Made by a program: the position numbers and the translations under genes
Assembly: GCA_009773185.1 (NCBI GenBank)
Contig: WPIF01000006.1
Location: 14,677 to 78,676, forward strand
DNA: 64,000 nucleotides
Direction: 5' to 3'
Origin: Nitrospirota bacterium
GTDB taxonomy: Bacteria; Nitrospirota; Thermodesulfovibrionia; Thermodesulfovibrionales; UBA1546
The notes under the pieces: generated by a model
Told to the model about the DNA's origin: nothing
Databases searched by the model: none
The model's input: the letters and a program-made list of their open reading frames with translations, nothing else
In this document: positions 37,167 to 48,112 of the stretch, piece by piece
How positions within the stretch are numbered: the first letter of the stretch is position 1
Layout of the letters: the number at the start of each line of letters is the position of its first letter

Positions 37167-38401
37167 ATCCCGGAGCAATATTTTTATTAGCGTCTGTATT
37201 TTTTATTTTAATTTTAATCTTTTCCTATCTTCTTAAATCATATTTACAATTCAGGAGCAAAAAGGAAAAGTCAGAGCATAAGGATACATCCGATGTCGGC
37301 TTTGTTGTAGACACCTTTCATGAACTTGTAGCAAAACTTAAGGAAAAGGAAAAAGAACTTGAAATATTAAAGAAGATAGCTGAGCAGAGGGCAGAGGATG
37401 TGGAGAGCTATAATAAAAACATCCTGCAGAGTGTTCCCAGCGGAGTAATAAGCTTTGACCGGGAATTGAAGATTGAGAGCATAAATTCACCCGCAGAAAA
37501 GATACTTGAACTCAGGGCAGAAAGCATAATTGGAAAGGACTATCTGGAAGTCCTGGGCAAGGCGATATCAAATATCCTTAAAGAAGGGAAATCTGTTGAG
37601 AGAGGGGAAATACAGTACCGGACATCGAGCGGCCGCTGGGTATGGCTGGGCCTTACATTTTCACCCCTTCGTGACAGCGAAGGAAGGGATATAGGCCATA
37701 TCCTTGTCTTTACCGACCTCACAGAGCTTAAGGCGCTCGAATCCCAGGCAGAACTCAGGGAACGGCTCTCAAGCCTTGGTGAGATGTCTGCAGGCATTGC
37801 ACATGAGATAAGGAATCCCCTGGGAGTGATTGCGGGTTATACGAAATTACTTTCCAGAAAGGTAGATGCTGCATTGCTGCCGACTGTTGAGGCCATATCA
37901 AAAGAGGTTGAGGTCATGGACAGGATTATCTCGGACTTCCTGTCTTTCGCAAGGCCGGTGGATTTAATGATTTCCAGGGTTAATCTTAATGATGTGATAC
38001 AGAGCTGTATAGCAAGCATAGGCGGCAATATCAGCAGTATAGAGGTTTCCATGGATATTGATAAAACTCTCTTTATCTCAGGCGATGAAATACTCCTGAG
38101 GCAGGCATTCACGAACCTTATTCAGAATTCGGTTGAGGCGATGAGAGACGGAGGGAAACTGAGTTTCGGGTATAAAGATATGGGAGATTATATGGAGATA
38201 ACAGTGTCAGATACAGGCCATGGGATGTCGGATGGCATTAAGGAAAAAATCTTTCTCCCTTTCTATACAACAAAAGAAAAAGGCACAGGACTTGGCCTTG
38301 CAATAGTCCATAAGATCATTGTATCCCATGGGGGCACAATTTTGGTTGACAGCACGGAGGCAGGGACAACATTCAGGTTAAGGCTGCCGGCAGGCAATTG
38401 A
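37163..38401 (+). CDS. Membrane sensor histidine kinase (PAS, HisKA, HATPase)
   Basis: AGIAHEIRNPL H-box and GTGLGLAIV G-box. ATGA overlap with pilD. Confidence 0.85.
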   Translation: MNPGAIFLLASVFFILILIFSYLLKSYLQFRSKKEKSEHKDTSDVGFVVDTFHELVAKLKEKEKELEILKKIAEQRAEDVESYNKNILQSVPSGVISFDRELKIESINSPAEKILELRAESIIGKDYLEVLGKAISNILKEGKSVERGEIQYRTSSGRWVWLGLTFSPLRDSEGRDIGHILVFTDLTELKALESQAELRERLSSLGEMSAGIAHEIRNPLGVIAGYTKLLSRKVDAALLPTVEAISKEVEVMDRIISDFLSFARPVDLMISRVNLNDVIQSCIASIGGNISSIEVSMDIDKTLFISGDEILLRQAFTNLIQNSVEAMRDGGKLSFGYKDMGDYMEITVSDTGHGMSDGIKEKIFLPFYTTKEKGTGLGLAIVHKIIVSHGGTILVDSTEAGTTFRLRLPAGN

Positions 38402-38455
38402 AATTATATGCATTTTATGTTTAGATAAATTACAGCACCAAAGAGGGCTGAAGGC

Positions 38456-40081
38456 ATGGATGATGTAGAAGAAAAAGATTTAATTATCGCAAGTGACATC
38501 TTCAAGGCCATGACAAAGACCCTCAAGACATTTAAGGCATACCTGCCGAATAACCCCATATATCAAAAGTTTGCCGCAGAACTCCTCGAAAAATTTAATT
38601 CTTTTTTTGATATAAATGATACCCTTCCTCTTGCAGTGGAGCAATTTTCGCTGTTATTCAATGGGAAGGAAGTTTTCCATAATGAAGAAAGAACCGATAA
38701 TATCGCGCTTATGCTCTTTGTGGATAACATAAGAGAGTTATGTTTTTATAAAGGGATAACACTGGATGAACTAATAAGTTTTGTTGAGGTTTTCAAGGCA
38801 GTGTCAGAAAAACAGAACCTTGAGGATGATATTGTAACGCTTTTATGGGAAAAGAATATTGAGCATATCAGCTATTCTGTTTCAGAAGGCTTTATTGAGG
38901 AGGGATTGCCGCTTGATAATGATCTTTTCATGGGAGAGGGCGGGGATGAGAGGACCCCTTTGGGGGCTACGTACATAGATATTGTCATGGCGCCTTCAGT
39001 GCTTGATTTTAAAGTAGACCCTGTCAGTGACAGTGAAATGGATGCCCTTCAGCTTGAGATGCAGAGGCTTGAAGGCGACAGCTTGCTCTCTGAGGCGGGT
39101 GAGTTATTTTTAGAACTCATGACGACTGAAAAAGACATAGAAGGATTCAGGGAGCTTGCAAGAAATATCGGAAAGGTAATAGATATTACGGTTGATAAAA
39201 ATTCGATAGAGAAAGCTGCAGAAATTATCGGCAGGCTGAGGGCAATAAGCGAGACAGAAAGCACATCTGAACATAGAAAAATAATTGATAATGTCATTGA
39301 CGGGGCCGGCAGTAAAGATAATATCAAAAAACTCTTTGCCGGAGATAAAAAGACCGGGACTGTTCAGGCATACCTGCTTCTCCTTAATAAAAATGCAATA
39401 CGTCCGCTTTTAGATCTTTTAGGTGAGATTGATGATAGAAAGGGAAGAAGGGACCTCTGTAATATACTGTCAGCTATAGGGAAGCAGGCTATAGAGGAAT
39501 TTGAAAGCGGAATATACGATGACAGGTGGTATCTTGTCAGAAACACCTTAATGATACTCGGCATTATAAAAGAACCTGCTGCAATAAAGTATATAGAAGG
39601 AGCGCTTCATCACCCTGAACTCAGGGTAAGAAAGGAAGCGGTAAAGGCACTGGAATCCATAGGCTCAGAAGAGGTAAAGGTTCCGCTCATGACTGCCTTA
39701 AAAGATAATGACGCGGTTGTAAGGACAAGCGCCTTAAAGGCATTAAGAAAATTTGGTGATAAGAAGTTGTTTGAGATAGTAAAAGAGAGGGTGTTGGGGA
39801 GTGATTTAAAGGAAAGGCCTTTCACTGAAAAGAAGGAACTCTTTGAGGCTTTGGCTGAAACAGGCAGGGAGATGGCATTTCCAATACTCTCCGAGTTTTT
39901 TAGGAAAAAAGGATTATTCAGGCGGGCAGAACCCGAAGAACTGAGGGCGTGCGCCGCTTATGGACTTGGGATTTTAGGCACTAAAGAATCCATCACGCTC
40001 TTGGAAAAAGGGTTGTATGCAAAAGAGGAATTTGTGAGAGATGTCTGCAAAAAGGCGCTTGTAAAGGCTGGTGTCAAATGA
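38456..40081 (+). CDS. HEAT-repeat protein
   Basis: C-terminal repeats of the type HPELRVRKEAVKALESIG and DNDAVVRTSALKAL. Confidence 0.65.
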   Translation: MDDVEEKDLIIASDIFKAMTKTLKTFKAYLPNNPIYQKFAAELLEKFNSFFDINDTLPLAVEQFSLLFNGKEVFHNEERTDNIALMLFVDNIRELCFYKGITLDELISFVEVFKAVSEKQNLEDDIVTLLWEKNIEHISYSVSEGFIEEGLPLDNDLFMGEGGDERTPLGATYIDIVMAPSVLDFKVDPVSDSEMDALQLEMQRLEGDSLLSEAGELFLELMTTEKDIEGFRELARNIGKVIDITVDKNSIEKAAEIIGRLRAISETESTSEHRKIIDNVIDGAGSKDNIKKLFAGDKKTGTVQAYLLLLNKNAIRPLLDLLGEIDDRKGRRDLCNILSAIGKQAIEEFESGIYDDRWYLVRNTLMILGIIKEPAAIKYIEGALHHPELRVRKEAVKALESIGSEEVKVPLMTALKDNDAVVRTSALKALRKFGDKKLFEIVKERVLGSDLKERPFTEKKELFEALAETGREMAFPILSEFFRKKGLFRRAEPEELRACAAYGLGILGTKESITLLEKGLYAKEEFVRDVCKKALVKAGVK

Positions 40082-41280
40082 AAGATAAAAAAGATGATGA
40101 TGCATTTAAGGAAAAGGTTGCCCGGTATGGAACGGCGATAGTAAACCACCTTTCGATACTTGTAAAGCTGACGGGTATACACGGCTCAATAAATGAGGCT
40201 ATGGTAAATGCTGCATCCAGGCTTCTCTCAGATCTCGCCCCATTTCTGGATGAAAGAGGGGAGCTTAGCATTAAGATGGTTGAGGGCTCTTTTTTTGTTG
40301 AAGATGTAAGGGTAAAGACATCATTATCCGATGTTGGCAACGTTGAATTTCTTGCAGGTGAATTTCAAAAAAGGAAGATTGGCGTCCTTACATTCAGGGC
40401 GCCGCTTCAGAGCGATGACTTGATATACCTGGCTTATTCCGTTAAGGGTGGAGTTGAGGCCTCAGAGATACAGTCGTTACTCGAGAGCAAACTGACAAAG
40501 GGTATTTCTATCGGAGGGCCTCTTTTTTTCGAGAAAAAGGATTCTGTTGACATGAGCGACACAAGGGCTGTCGCAACAAAATTGTATACTATGGGACTTT
40601 ATGCCGTTAAAGAAATTGACAGTTCTGCCAGGACAGGGAAACTGATAAACATAAGAAAGGTCAAGAGGGTTATACATGCAATAGTAGATAACATTCTCAA
40701 AGATGAGAATGTTATCTTAGGCTTCACAACACTTAAAAACTTTGAGAATTATCATTACAACCACATGATAAATACTGCTATCCTTTCAATAGCGCTTGGC
40801 AAGAGAATCAGGCTCCCCAAATATCAGCTGAGCAGTCTCGGGATAGCTGCGGTCTTTCACGATATAGGGAAGACTGAAATCCCCCTCTCAATTTTAAATA
40901 AACCCTCAGGATTCAATCCCAAGGAATTGGAGTTGGTAATGAGGCATCCGGTGGAAGGCGTAAAGGCATTGGTAAGGGCAAAAGACCTCAGCGATATATC
41001 AATTATCTCTATGCTCGTTTCTTTTGAGCATCATCTGAACTATGACAATACCGGCTATCCTGAACTCTCCGGGAAAAGAACACCTAATATTTTTAGCAGG
41101 ATTATAGGCATAGCTGATTGTTATGATGCGCTCACATCGGGAAAGATATACGAACGGGTTGCTTATACTCCTGAAAGCGCCCTGAAGGCCATGTATGAGA
41201 AAAGCGGCAGATCATTTGACCCTGTGCTTACGAGAGTATTTATAAATATGCTTGCAGGGAACAGCCCCGGCTCACAATGA
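40078..41280 (+). CDS. HD-GYP domain protein (c-di-GMP phosphodiesterase type)
   Basis: AAVFHDIGK and HHLNYDNTGYP. ATGA overlap with the HEAT gene. Confidence 0.8.
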   Translation: MKDKKDDDAFKEKVARYGTAIVNHLSILVKLTGIHGSINEAMVNAASRLLSDLAPFLDERGELSIKMVEGSFFVEDVRVKTSLSDVGNVEFLAGEFQKRKIGVLTFRAPLQSDDLIYLAYSVKGGVEASEIQSLLESKLTKGISIGGPLFFEKKDSVDMSDTRAVATKLYTMGLYAVKEIDSSARTGKLINIRKVKRVIHAIVDNILKDENVILGFTTLKNFENYHYNHMINTAILSIALGKRIRLPKYQLSSLGIAAVFHDIGKTEIPLSILNKPSGFNPKELELVMRHPVEGVKALVRAKDLSDISIISMLVSFEHHLNYDNTGYPELSGKRTPNIFSRIIGIADCYDALTSGKIYERVAYTPESALKAMYEKSGRSFDPVLTRVFINMLAGNSPGSQ

Positions 41281-41283
41281 CCA

Positions 41284-42975
41284 TTAATTTTTCTTCTGCG
41301 CTTTTTCTATCCTGGCCCACGTATCACGCAATGTCACTGTCCTGTTGAAAACTAATCCTTTATCGGAAGAATCCGGGTCAACACAGAAATAACCCATCCT
41401 CTCGAACTGGAATCTGTCTCCTGATTTTGCATTTGCAAGGCATGGTTCAACAAAACACGATTTCAGTGATTCAAGTGATTTTGGGTTCATATCCGTCTTG
41501 AAATCATTGCTCTCCCCGCCTGGGACAGGTCTTGTGAAAAAGTGGTCATAAAGGCGTACTTCTGCCTCGATAGCGTGTGAAGCTGAAACCCAGTGAATAG
41601 TTGACCTGACCTTACGCCCGTCAGGGGAATCACCGCCGCGTGTTGCAGGGTCGTATGTGCATTGAAGTTCTGTAACTTCCCCGGTGTTTTTGTCTTTAAC
41701 CACACCGGTACAGGTTATGTAATAAGCGTAGCGCAGCCTTACTTCTTTTCCGGGTGAGAGGCGGAAGAATCCTTTTGGCGGGTCCTCGCGGAAATCATCT
41801 TTTTCTATGTAGAGCACCCGCGAGAAAGGAACTTTTCTTGTGCCCATGCCAGGATCTTCGGGGTTATTTACAGCATCCAGTTCTTCGGCCTGATTTTCAG
41901 GATAATTGACGATTACAACCTTTAACGGCCGGAGAACAGCCATGACACGTTGGGTATGCTTGTTCAAATCTTCTCTGATACAGAACTCAAGCAGGGCCAT
42001 ATCAACGGTGCTGTCTCTTTTTGCAACCCCAATGCGCTCACAGAAATTTCTTATTGACTCAGGGGTATACCCGCGTCTTCGCAGGCCTGATATGGTAGGC
42101 ATTCTGGGGTCATCCCATCCGCTGACATGTTTTTCCTGAACGAGCTGAATAAGTTTTCGCTTGCTCAAAACTGTATGGCTGAGATTAAGTCGTGCAAACT
42201 CTATTTGCTGCGGGTGATAAACATTCAACTGTTCAAGGAACCAGTCATACAAGGGCCGGTGGTCCTCAAATTCGAGAGTGCAGATTGAATGGGTAATTTT
42301 TTCTATTGAATCAGAAAAACAATGTGCAAAGTCATACATAGGATAAATGCGCCATTTATCTCCTGTCCGGTGATGGTCTGCGCGCATGATTCTGTATATG
42401 ACAGGGTCTCTCATATTTATATTCCCTGACTTCATATCTATCTTTGCGCGAAGGGTGCGCGAGCCGTCAGGTAATTCACCTTTACGCATTTTTTCAAAGA
42501 GTTCGATATTTTCTTCAACAGAGCGGCTGCGATATGGGCTTTCCCTGCCGGGTTCTGTAAGCGTTCCTCTGTATTCCCTTATTTCATCAGCGCTTAAGTC
42601 GCATACATATGCCTTTTCTTTTTTAATCAAATCTACGGCATATCCGTATAATTTTTCAAAGTAGTCTGATGCATAATATTCCCTATTGTCCCAGCCAAAT
42701 CCAAGCCATTTAACGTCCTCTTTTATTGATTTAACATATTCGACTTCTTCTTTTGCAGGGTTTGTGTCATCGAATCTGAGGTTGCAGAGGCCCTTGAATT
42801 CTTCTGCTATTCCAAAATTAAGGCATATGGATTTTGCATGGCCGATATGAAGATAGCCGTTAGGCTCAGGGGGAAAGCGTGTATGAACACGGCTGTCAAA
42901 TTTTCTGTTTTTCAGGTCTTCCCTGATTAGCTCTCTTATAAAATCAGATGGATACGGAGTCTCTGGTGTGCTCAT
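41284..42975 (-). CDS. glnS: Glutamine--tRNA ligase
   Basis: [17 protein letters not shown] (HIGH), VLSKRK (KMSKS) and a C-terminal anticodon-binding beta-barrel region. Confidence 0.9.
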   Translation of the reverse strand: MSTPETPYPSDFIRELIREDLKNRKFDSRVHTRFPPEPNGYLHIGHAKSICLNFGIAEEFKGLCNLRFDDTNPAKEEVEYVKSIKEDVKWLGFGWDNREYYASDYFEKLYGYAVDLIKKEKAYVCDLSADEIREYRGTLTEPGRESPYRSRSVEENIELFEKMRKGELPDGSRTLRAKIDMKSGNINMRDPVIYRIMRADHHRTGDKWRIYPMYDFAHCFSDSIEKITHSICTLEFEDHRPLYDWFLEQLNVYHPQQIEFARLNLSHTVLSKRKLIQLVQEKHVSGWDDPRMPTISGLRRRGYTPESIRNFCERIGVAKRDSTVDMALLEFCIREDLNKHTQRVMAVLRPLKVVIVNYPENQAEELDAVNNPEDPGMGTRKVPFSRVLYIEKDDFREDPPKGFFRLSPGKEVRLRYAYYITCTGVVKDKNTGEVTELQCTYDPATRGGDSPDGRKVRSTIHWVSASHAIEAEVRLYDHFFTRPVPGGESNDFKTDMNPKSLESLKSCFVEPCLANAKSGDRFQFERMGYFCVDPDSSDKGLVFNRTVTLRDTWARIEKAQKKN

Positions 42976-44372
42976 ATCGCCTTAATCGCCTTCTCTAATC
43001 TTTTAATCGTCTTTTCCTTCCCCAATACTTCAAGCACTTCAAATATTCCTGGACTTTCTGTGCCGCCGGTTATTGCAACGCGCACAGGCTGGGCGAGGGC
43101 GCCGAGTTTTATGCCGTGTTTTTCGACTATTGCCTTAAAGATATTCTCAAGCCCCTGCGCAGAAAAATCACTTGGCGATTCTATGCTCTCCTTCAGTTCC
43201 TTAAGATAAGGCAGGCTTTTCTCATTCAGGAATTTTGCTTTAGCCTTTTCATTGTATTCAATATCTTCAGCAATATAGTAGCGAAGGGAACTTGCAAGCT
43301 CAACCAGAGTCTTGGCGCGCTCCTGAAGTGTCTTAATTGCTTTGGAAAGCCACTGTTTGTCTATTTCCTGTCCTTTCTGAATGATGCCTGCATTTTCAAG
43401 GAATGGAATCACAAGCTCTCTAAGCTCTTCAGGATTTGATTTGATGATATACTGGCTGTTAAGCCAGAGGAGTTTCTCAGGGTTAAATACAGCAGATGAT
43501 TTCCCGACATTCTCGAATGAAAAATGCTCGATAAGCTCTTCCCTTGTGAATACCTCCTGGTCGCCGTAAGACCATCCAAGCCTTACAAGGTAATTTACCA
43601 ATGCATCGGGAAGATATCCCATCTCCCTGTATGCCATGACTGATGTTGCGCCGTGCCTTTTTGAAAGCCTTGTCTTGTCAGCTCCGAGTATCATCGGAAG
43701 ATGCGCGAACAATGGTATTTCATATCCCAGCGCCTTATAAATATGCAGCTGCTTAGGAGTATTATTCAGATGGTCGTCACCGCGAATGACATGTGTTATC
43801 TTCATGTCAACGTCATCAACGACAACAGTGAAATTATAAGTAGGTGTTCCGTCAGAGCGCATGATTATGAGGTCATCGAGCTGATCATTTTCGAAAACTA
43901 CTTTTCCCCTCATCATATCAACAACAACAACCTGGCCTTCCTGCGGCATCTTAAAACGTACTGCCGGTGTAATACCCGATACAGGGGTTGTTAGATTTCT
44001 GCATCTTCCGTCATATTTCTGGGGTTTGCCCTGAGCCATTGCCTCTTTTCTTCTCTGTTCAAGTTCATCTGGAGAACAGTAGCAATGATATGCTTTTCCT
44101 TCTTTAACAAGCTTTTCAACATAGCTTTTGTAGACATCGAATCTGTCTGTCTGCCTGAAAGGGCCCTCATCCCATTCAAGTCTGAGCCATTTCATCCCTT
44201 CTATGATTGCTTCTATATATTCATCTGTCGAACGCGTCCTGTCAGTGTCCTCAATTCTCAGGATGAATTTGCCATTATTGTTTCTTGCAAAAAGATAATT
44301 AAAAAGAGCAGTTCTTGCCCCTCCTATATGAAGATGCCCTGTCGGACTTGGTGCAAAACGAACCCGTATCAT
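42972..44372 (-). CDS. gltX: Glutamate--tRNA ligase
   Basis: [21 protein letters not shown] and LSKRHG. The start is set at ATG 44372 (GGAGGTT SD), because the ORF-track N-terminal extension is non-homologous. Confidence 0.9.
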   Translation of the reverse strand: MIRVRFAPSPTGHLHIGGARTALFNYLFARNNNGKFILRIEDTDRTRSTDEYIEAIIEGMKWLRLEWDEGPFRQTDRFDVYKSYVEKLVKEGKAYHCYCSPDELEQRRKEAMAQGKPQKYDGRCRNLTTPVSGITPAVRFKMPQEGQVVVVDMMRGKVVFENDQLDDLIIMRSDGTPTYNFTVVVDDVDMKITHVIRGDDHLNNTPKQLHIYKALGYEIPLFAHLPMILGADKTRLSKRHGATSVMAYREMGYLPDALVNYLVRLGWSYGDQEVFTREELIEHFSFENVGKSSAVFNPEKLLWLNSQYIIKSNPEELRELVIPFLENAGIIQKGQEIDKQWLSKAIKTLQERAKTLVELASSLRYYIAEDIEYNEKAKAKFLNEKSLPYLKELKESIESPSDFSAQGLENIFKAIVEKHGIKLGALAQPVRVAITGGTESPGIFEVLEVLGKEKTIKRLEKAIKAI

Positions 44373-44807
44373 TAAAAAATAACCTCCGAAATTTAGTCTA
44401 GGATATAGAATATAACAGATTTCAATCGGAAAATGCAGTCTAATCGGGAGTAAGAGATAAAAGCTTGCAAGGAGGTTGTGGCTGGATTGAAGCAAGATTC
44501 ACGGGTCTGTCAGTATAGGGGCTGAAGACTCCACTGTGTGGAGCGGATAGCCACGCTGAGAACTTAAAAGAATCCAACTATACAGAACTAACAACTGAAC
44601 TTTTACAGGGTAGTTTAAGATTGCTGAGAGGCAGACACGACCTTCTTGATTTATGTGCAAATTCGGTCTTTCAGACATGCTTCTTTTGCTAAGGCTGGTT
44701 TCCCAAAAAATTCGTAAGGTTCGCTTTGAGAATATTTTTCGCAATTAAATAGCTGGCATATAAATTTAATAAACTGGAGCGTCTTGAGCGGCATCAGAGA
44801 ACTTTAA

Positions 44808-46211
44808 TTATCTTGCAGGTTTTATCTCAAGCGACACTATTTTTTTCGTGCCAGAAGTGATATTGAACCTCTCATCTCCCCTGTAACCCGCAATCCATAC
44901 TATATCTTCTCCTGACAGAATTATCGGCACTTTATCCCGTTCATCCCTCGGGACCTTTTCATCAACAAAAAAATCCTGGAGCTTTTTCTTTTTCCCGAAA
45001 CCAGCAGGATAAAAAAAATCCCCATCCTTTCTTGCCCTGATGGTAAGTGGTGCTTTTACTTTATCAGCATCAAATATAGCAACACTTTTTTCTTGCGCTT
45101 TGCGCTCTGCGCTCTGCTCCTCAATAGAACCCTTAATCAAAACACCTGCCTCTCTCAAAACAACTTCTCCCGGCACTTCGAGGCTGTAAGTTCCAAGTTT
45201 CACAGGGAGCTCTGATGTGAGGATTAAAGTTGAATAACCCCTGATTACCCTTATGCCTTTAGGAAGATAAAGCCTGTCTCCGGAATCCCCGTTCTTAATA
45301 AGCCCGATGATATCTTCTATATGAATAAAACTAATTCCTCTCAAGCCCTTAACTGCATCTATCGCCCTTCTCAAAACCCTTCTTAAAATCACTTTGTCCA
45401 TATTTTCAAGCGGAACAAGGAAGAGTTCTATTGTCTTCTCTGTTTTTTTGGGAATGAGTTTCATCAATGTTTTAGTGACGATAAGCTCAAGATAGTTATC
45501 CTCTTCCCTTATAATCTCGCTCATCCTGCCGATTGTGCCGATAAGGTCAGGGTTTTTTTTCGTGAATTCAGGCATGACAGAGAGCCTCAGCCAGTTCCTG
45601 AAATAATCTTTTTTGATATTTGAGGAGTCAACCATAAACTGCGGTTCGGCGTTTAGCGGTCGGCATTCAGCGTTTTGAAGCAGGAATTTTTCTATCTCAT
45701 TTCTTTCAGTTTCAATCAGCGGTCTGATAATTTTCCCCCGTACAGGCGGGATGCCTGAAAGGCCTTTCTGCCCTGAGCCTCTGAGAATTCTCATAAAAAA
45801 TGTCTCTGTCTGGTCATCGGCATTATGTGCAAGCGCAATTTTATTAGCGCCTGTTTCTAAAGCAGCATCTTCAAATGACTCGTATCTCAGTTCTCTTGCC
45901 GCCTCCTGTTTGTTTAATCCGAGCTCTTTTGCATAGGATATTACATTAATGGATTTTGTGATGAATGGAATGTTGAGGTTCTCGCAAAGTTTTTTGCAAA
46001 ACTTAATCTCATCAGGGATTTCCTCAGACCTCAGTCCATGGTCAATGTATATCGCATGAAGGTCAAGTTTATATTCGTCTTTTAACTGATTCAGGAGCAG
46101 AAGCAGGCATACCGAATCAGGCCCTCCGGAAAGACCGGCCAATACCCTGTCTTTCTCGCGGAGCATTGAGTGCTTTTTGATTGTTGCCTTTACCCTGCCA
46201 ATCAGATTCAT
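44808..46211 (-). CDS. tilS: tRNA(Ile)-lysidine synthetase TilS
   Basis: PP-loop LSGGPDS with downstream HNADDQ. Confidence 0.85.
   Translation of the reverse strand: MNLIGRVKATIKKHSMLREKDRVLAGLSGGPDSVCLLLLLNQLKDEYKLDLHAIYIDHGLRSEEIPDEIKFCKKLCENLNIPFITKSINVISYAKELGLNKQEAARELRYESFEDAALETGANKIALAHNADDQTETFFMRILRGSGQKGLSGIPPVRGKIIRPLIETERNEIEKFLLQNAECRPLNAEPQFMVDSSNIKKDYFRNWLRLSVMPEFTKKNPDLIGTIGRMSEIIREEDNYLELIVTKTLMKLIPKKTEKTIELFLVPLENMDKVILRRVLRRAIDAVKGLRGISFIHIEDIIGLIKNGDSGDRLYLPKGIRVIRGYSTLILTSELPVKLGTYSLEVPGEVVLREAGVLIKGSIEEQSAERKAQEKSVAIFDADKVKAPLTIRARKDGDFFYPAGFGKKKKLQDFFVDEKVPRDERDKVPIILSGEDIVWIAGYRGDERFNITSGTKKIVSLEIKPAR
45093..45120. repeat. 7-bp x4 array inside tilS
   Basis: TTGCGCT TTGCGCT CTGCGCT CTGCTCC. 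It encodes ..EEQSAERKAQEKS.. on the minus strand. Confidence 0.85.
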
Positions 46212-46247
46212 AAGTACTTTAACTCTAAGGATTAATAACTGAAGATG

Positions 46248-46931
46248 TCAATTCCTTATTATTTCTCTGGCACTGCCGTCCCTCATCTCAATGATAAGGG
46301 TTACGTAATCTTTATCGTAGACCAATGGGTCATGGGTTGCGATGATAATTGTTTTGCCCTGTTGCTGAAGGTTTCTCATTATGGACAAAAATTCCTCTGA
46401 AAGGTGCGTGTCCAGATGTGCTGTGGGTTCGTCTGCTAAAATAATATCAGGGTTATTAATCAGGGCCCTTGCAATTGCTGCCCTCTGCTGTTCCCCGCCC
46501 GAAAGCTTCTGAACCGGAAAGTCTATCCTCTCGCTCATGCCGAGATTTTCAAGTATCCTTGCTGCACCTTGCCTGAGTTCTGAAGGTTTTATATCAGTGG
46601 GGAGCACCGGAAGCATTACATTATCGCACACAGAGATGCCTTTAATCAGATGAAACTGCTGGAATATAAAACCAAAGGTATTTCTTCGGACCTCTGTCAT
46701 AAATCTTTCAGGAAGACGCGAGACATCCCTGCCTTCAACTATTACCCTTCCTGATGTCGGCCTGCTCATGCATCCTATGAGAGACAGGAGCGTTGTTTTG
46801 CCTGAGCCGCTTGGGCCTTTGAATACAGCGAAGTCTCCTTCCTTAACCTCTATGGAGACATCATTAACTGCGAGAACCTCGTCAGGATTGCCTCTATTAA
46901 AATATTTGGTTGCGTTTTCTGTTTTTATCAT
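46248..46931 (-). CDS. ABC transporter ATP-binding protein (MacB/LolD-like)
   Basis: GPSGSGKTT, LSGGEQQR, ILADEPT. Confidence 0.85.
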   Translation of the reverse strand: MIKTENATKYFNRGNPDEVLAVNDVSIEVKEGDFAVFKGPSGSGKTTLLSLIGCMSRPTSGRVIVEGRDVSRLPERFMTEVRRNTFGFIFQQFHLIKGISVCDNVMLPVLPTDIKPSELRQGAARILENLGMSERIDFPVQKLSGGEQQRAAIARALINNPDIILADEPTAHLDTHLSEEFLSIMRNLQQQGKTIIIATHDPLVYDKDYVTLIIEMRDGSAREIIRN

Positions 46932-46933
46932 TT

Positions 46934-48112
46934 TTATCCCCTCATAACAATATCAGGGTCGGTGATAGATGCCTTCCATGAAGGTATGATTGTTGAGGCG
47001 ATATAAGGGACTATAGTAAGTGACATCAGTATTGCAATCTGATAGAAATCTATGAATGGAGCAAGCCTGAATTCAGGATAGATAACAGACCAGCCCTTCA
47101 GGGCCGGGGCCAGTAAGGAGGCGCCCATAAAAAAGATATGTATATAAGCAAGGATAATTCCGCACATGAAAGAAGTCAGCGAGATTACAAGGCCTTCCCA
47201 GAACTTCATTTCAAGCACATCAGATGTTTCCCATCCTATTGCCTTAAGAATGCCTATTTCCTGTTTTTCTTCAGCGCTGAGTCCTGTTGCCTTGTCCCAT
47301 GCCAGTATGATAAAGGCAATCAGGGCTCCCATAAACAGCGCTATTATCAGCCCGCTTCTCCATCCGAAAACAGCATCATAAGTCCTGATTATCTCATCCC
47401 TGAGGATAGGGCGGGAATCAGGAAACTGCTCTTTTATTTTTCTGGCAACAGTCGGTATTTCCGCTTCATTGTTGACATGCACTGCAAGGTCTGTTGCAGT
47501 ATTTTCCGGCATGCCGACCAGAGTTTTGAAATCATCCTCGCTTATTACAATCAGGTCGGCTGTCATTATCTCTGAGGCCGACTCAAAGACCCCGACAATA
47601 TTAAAATTCATCCACTTATTGTCCGCAGACTGTAGGTATAATGTGCTTCCTAAATCTTTTTTAATAACTCTTGCCTCAGCAATGCCCCTGCCGATTGCGG
47701 CAACACCTTTCTCACGAGGCGAAGGCATCCGGCCGCTGACAACTTTATTGTTTTCCAGTCCTGAGGCGCCAATGCCGAGTATCGTATAATTTGCCTTTAC
47801 ACCGGAATCATAATAATATCCCCAATATCTTGGTTCAGCACCTGAGACACCTGATATCTCCATAATGTCATTCGCGAGCCCTGTAGGAATAAGTTCATGT
47901 CTTCCGGCCCGCATTTTCTGTACAACAATCTCAGGTGAATCCTTGAGGAGCAGGTGCGCCTCCTGTCTGAGTGAATAGGAAAGGAATATGATGGAGCTGA
48001 CTGTGAATATCACAAGGGTAAAGACCATGATAATCCCTATGTTCTTAAACTTGCGCCTTAAAAGTGACTGGAGTGTATAATCCAGAATATTTATGTGTTT
48101 CTCAAGGGCCAT
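46934..48112 (-). CDS. FtsX-like ABC permease
   Basis: N-terminal TM helix, a large periplasmic domain and 3 C-terminal TM helices. Confidence 0.75.
   Translation of the reverse strand: MALEKHINILDYTLQSLLRRKFKNIGIIMVFTLVIFTVSSIIFLSYSLRQEAHLLLKDSPEIVVQKMRAGRHELIPTGLANDIMEISGVSGAEPRYWGYYYDSGVKANYTILGIGASGLENNKVVSGRMPSPREKGVAAIGRGIAEARVIKKDLGSTLYLQSADNKWMNFNIVGVFESASEIMTADLIVISEDDFKTLVGMPENTATDLAVHVNNEAEIPTVARKIKEQFPDSRPILRDEIIRTYDAVFGWRSGLIIALFMGALIAFIILAWDKATGLSAEEKQEIGILKAIGWETSDVLEMKFWEGLVISLTSFMCGIILAYIHIFFMGASLLAPALKGWSVIYPEFRLAPFIDFYQIAILMSLTIVPYIASTIIPSWKASITDPDIVMRG

Noticed and set aside
44373-44495. 41-aa N-terminal extension of gltX in the ORF track
   Set aside because: GluRS homology starts at [25 protein letters not shown] precedes ATG 44372, and the extension is hydrophobic nonsense.
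44499-44744. 81-aa ORF between tilS and gltX, and a possible tmRNA because of a GGGGCTGA motif at ~44517
   Set aside because: The ORF has no SD and a low-plausibility composition. There is no tRNA-like 3' end (GGTTCGA..CCA) and no tag ORF. The RNase P GAGGAAAGTCC box is absent on both strands.
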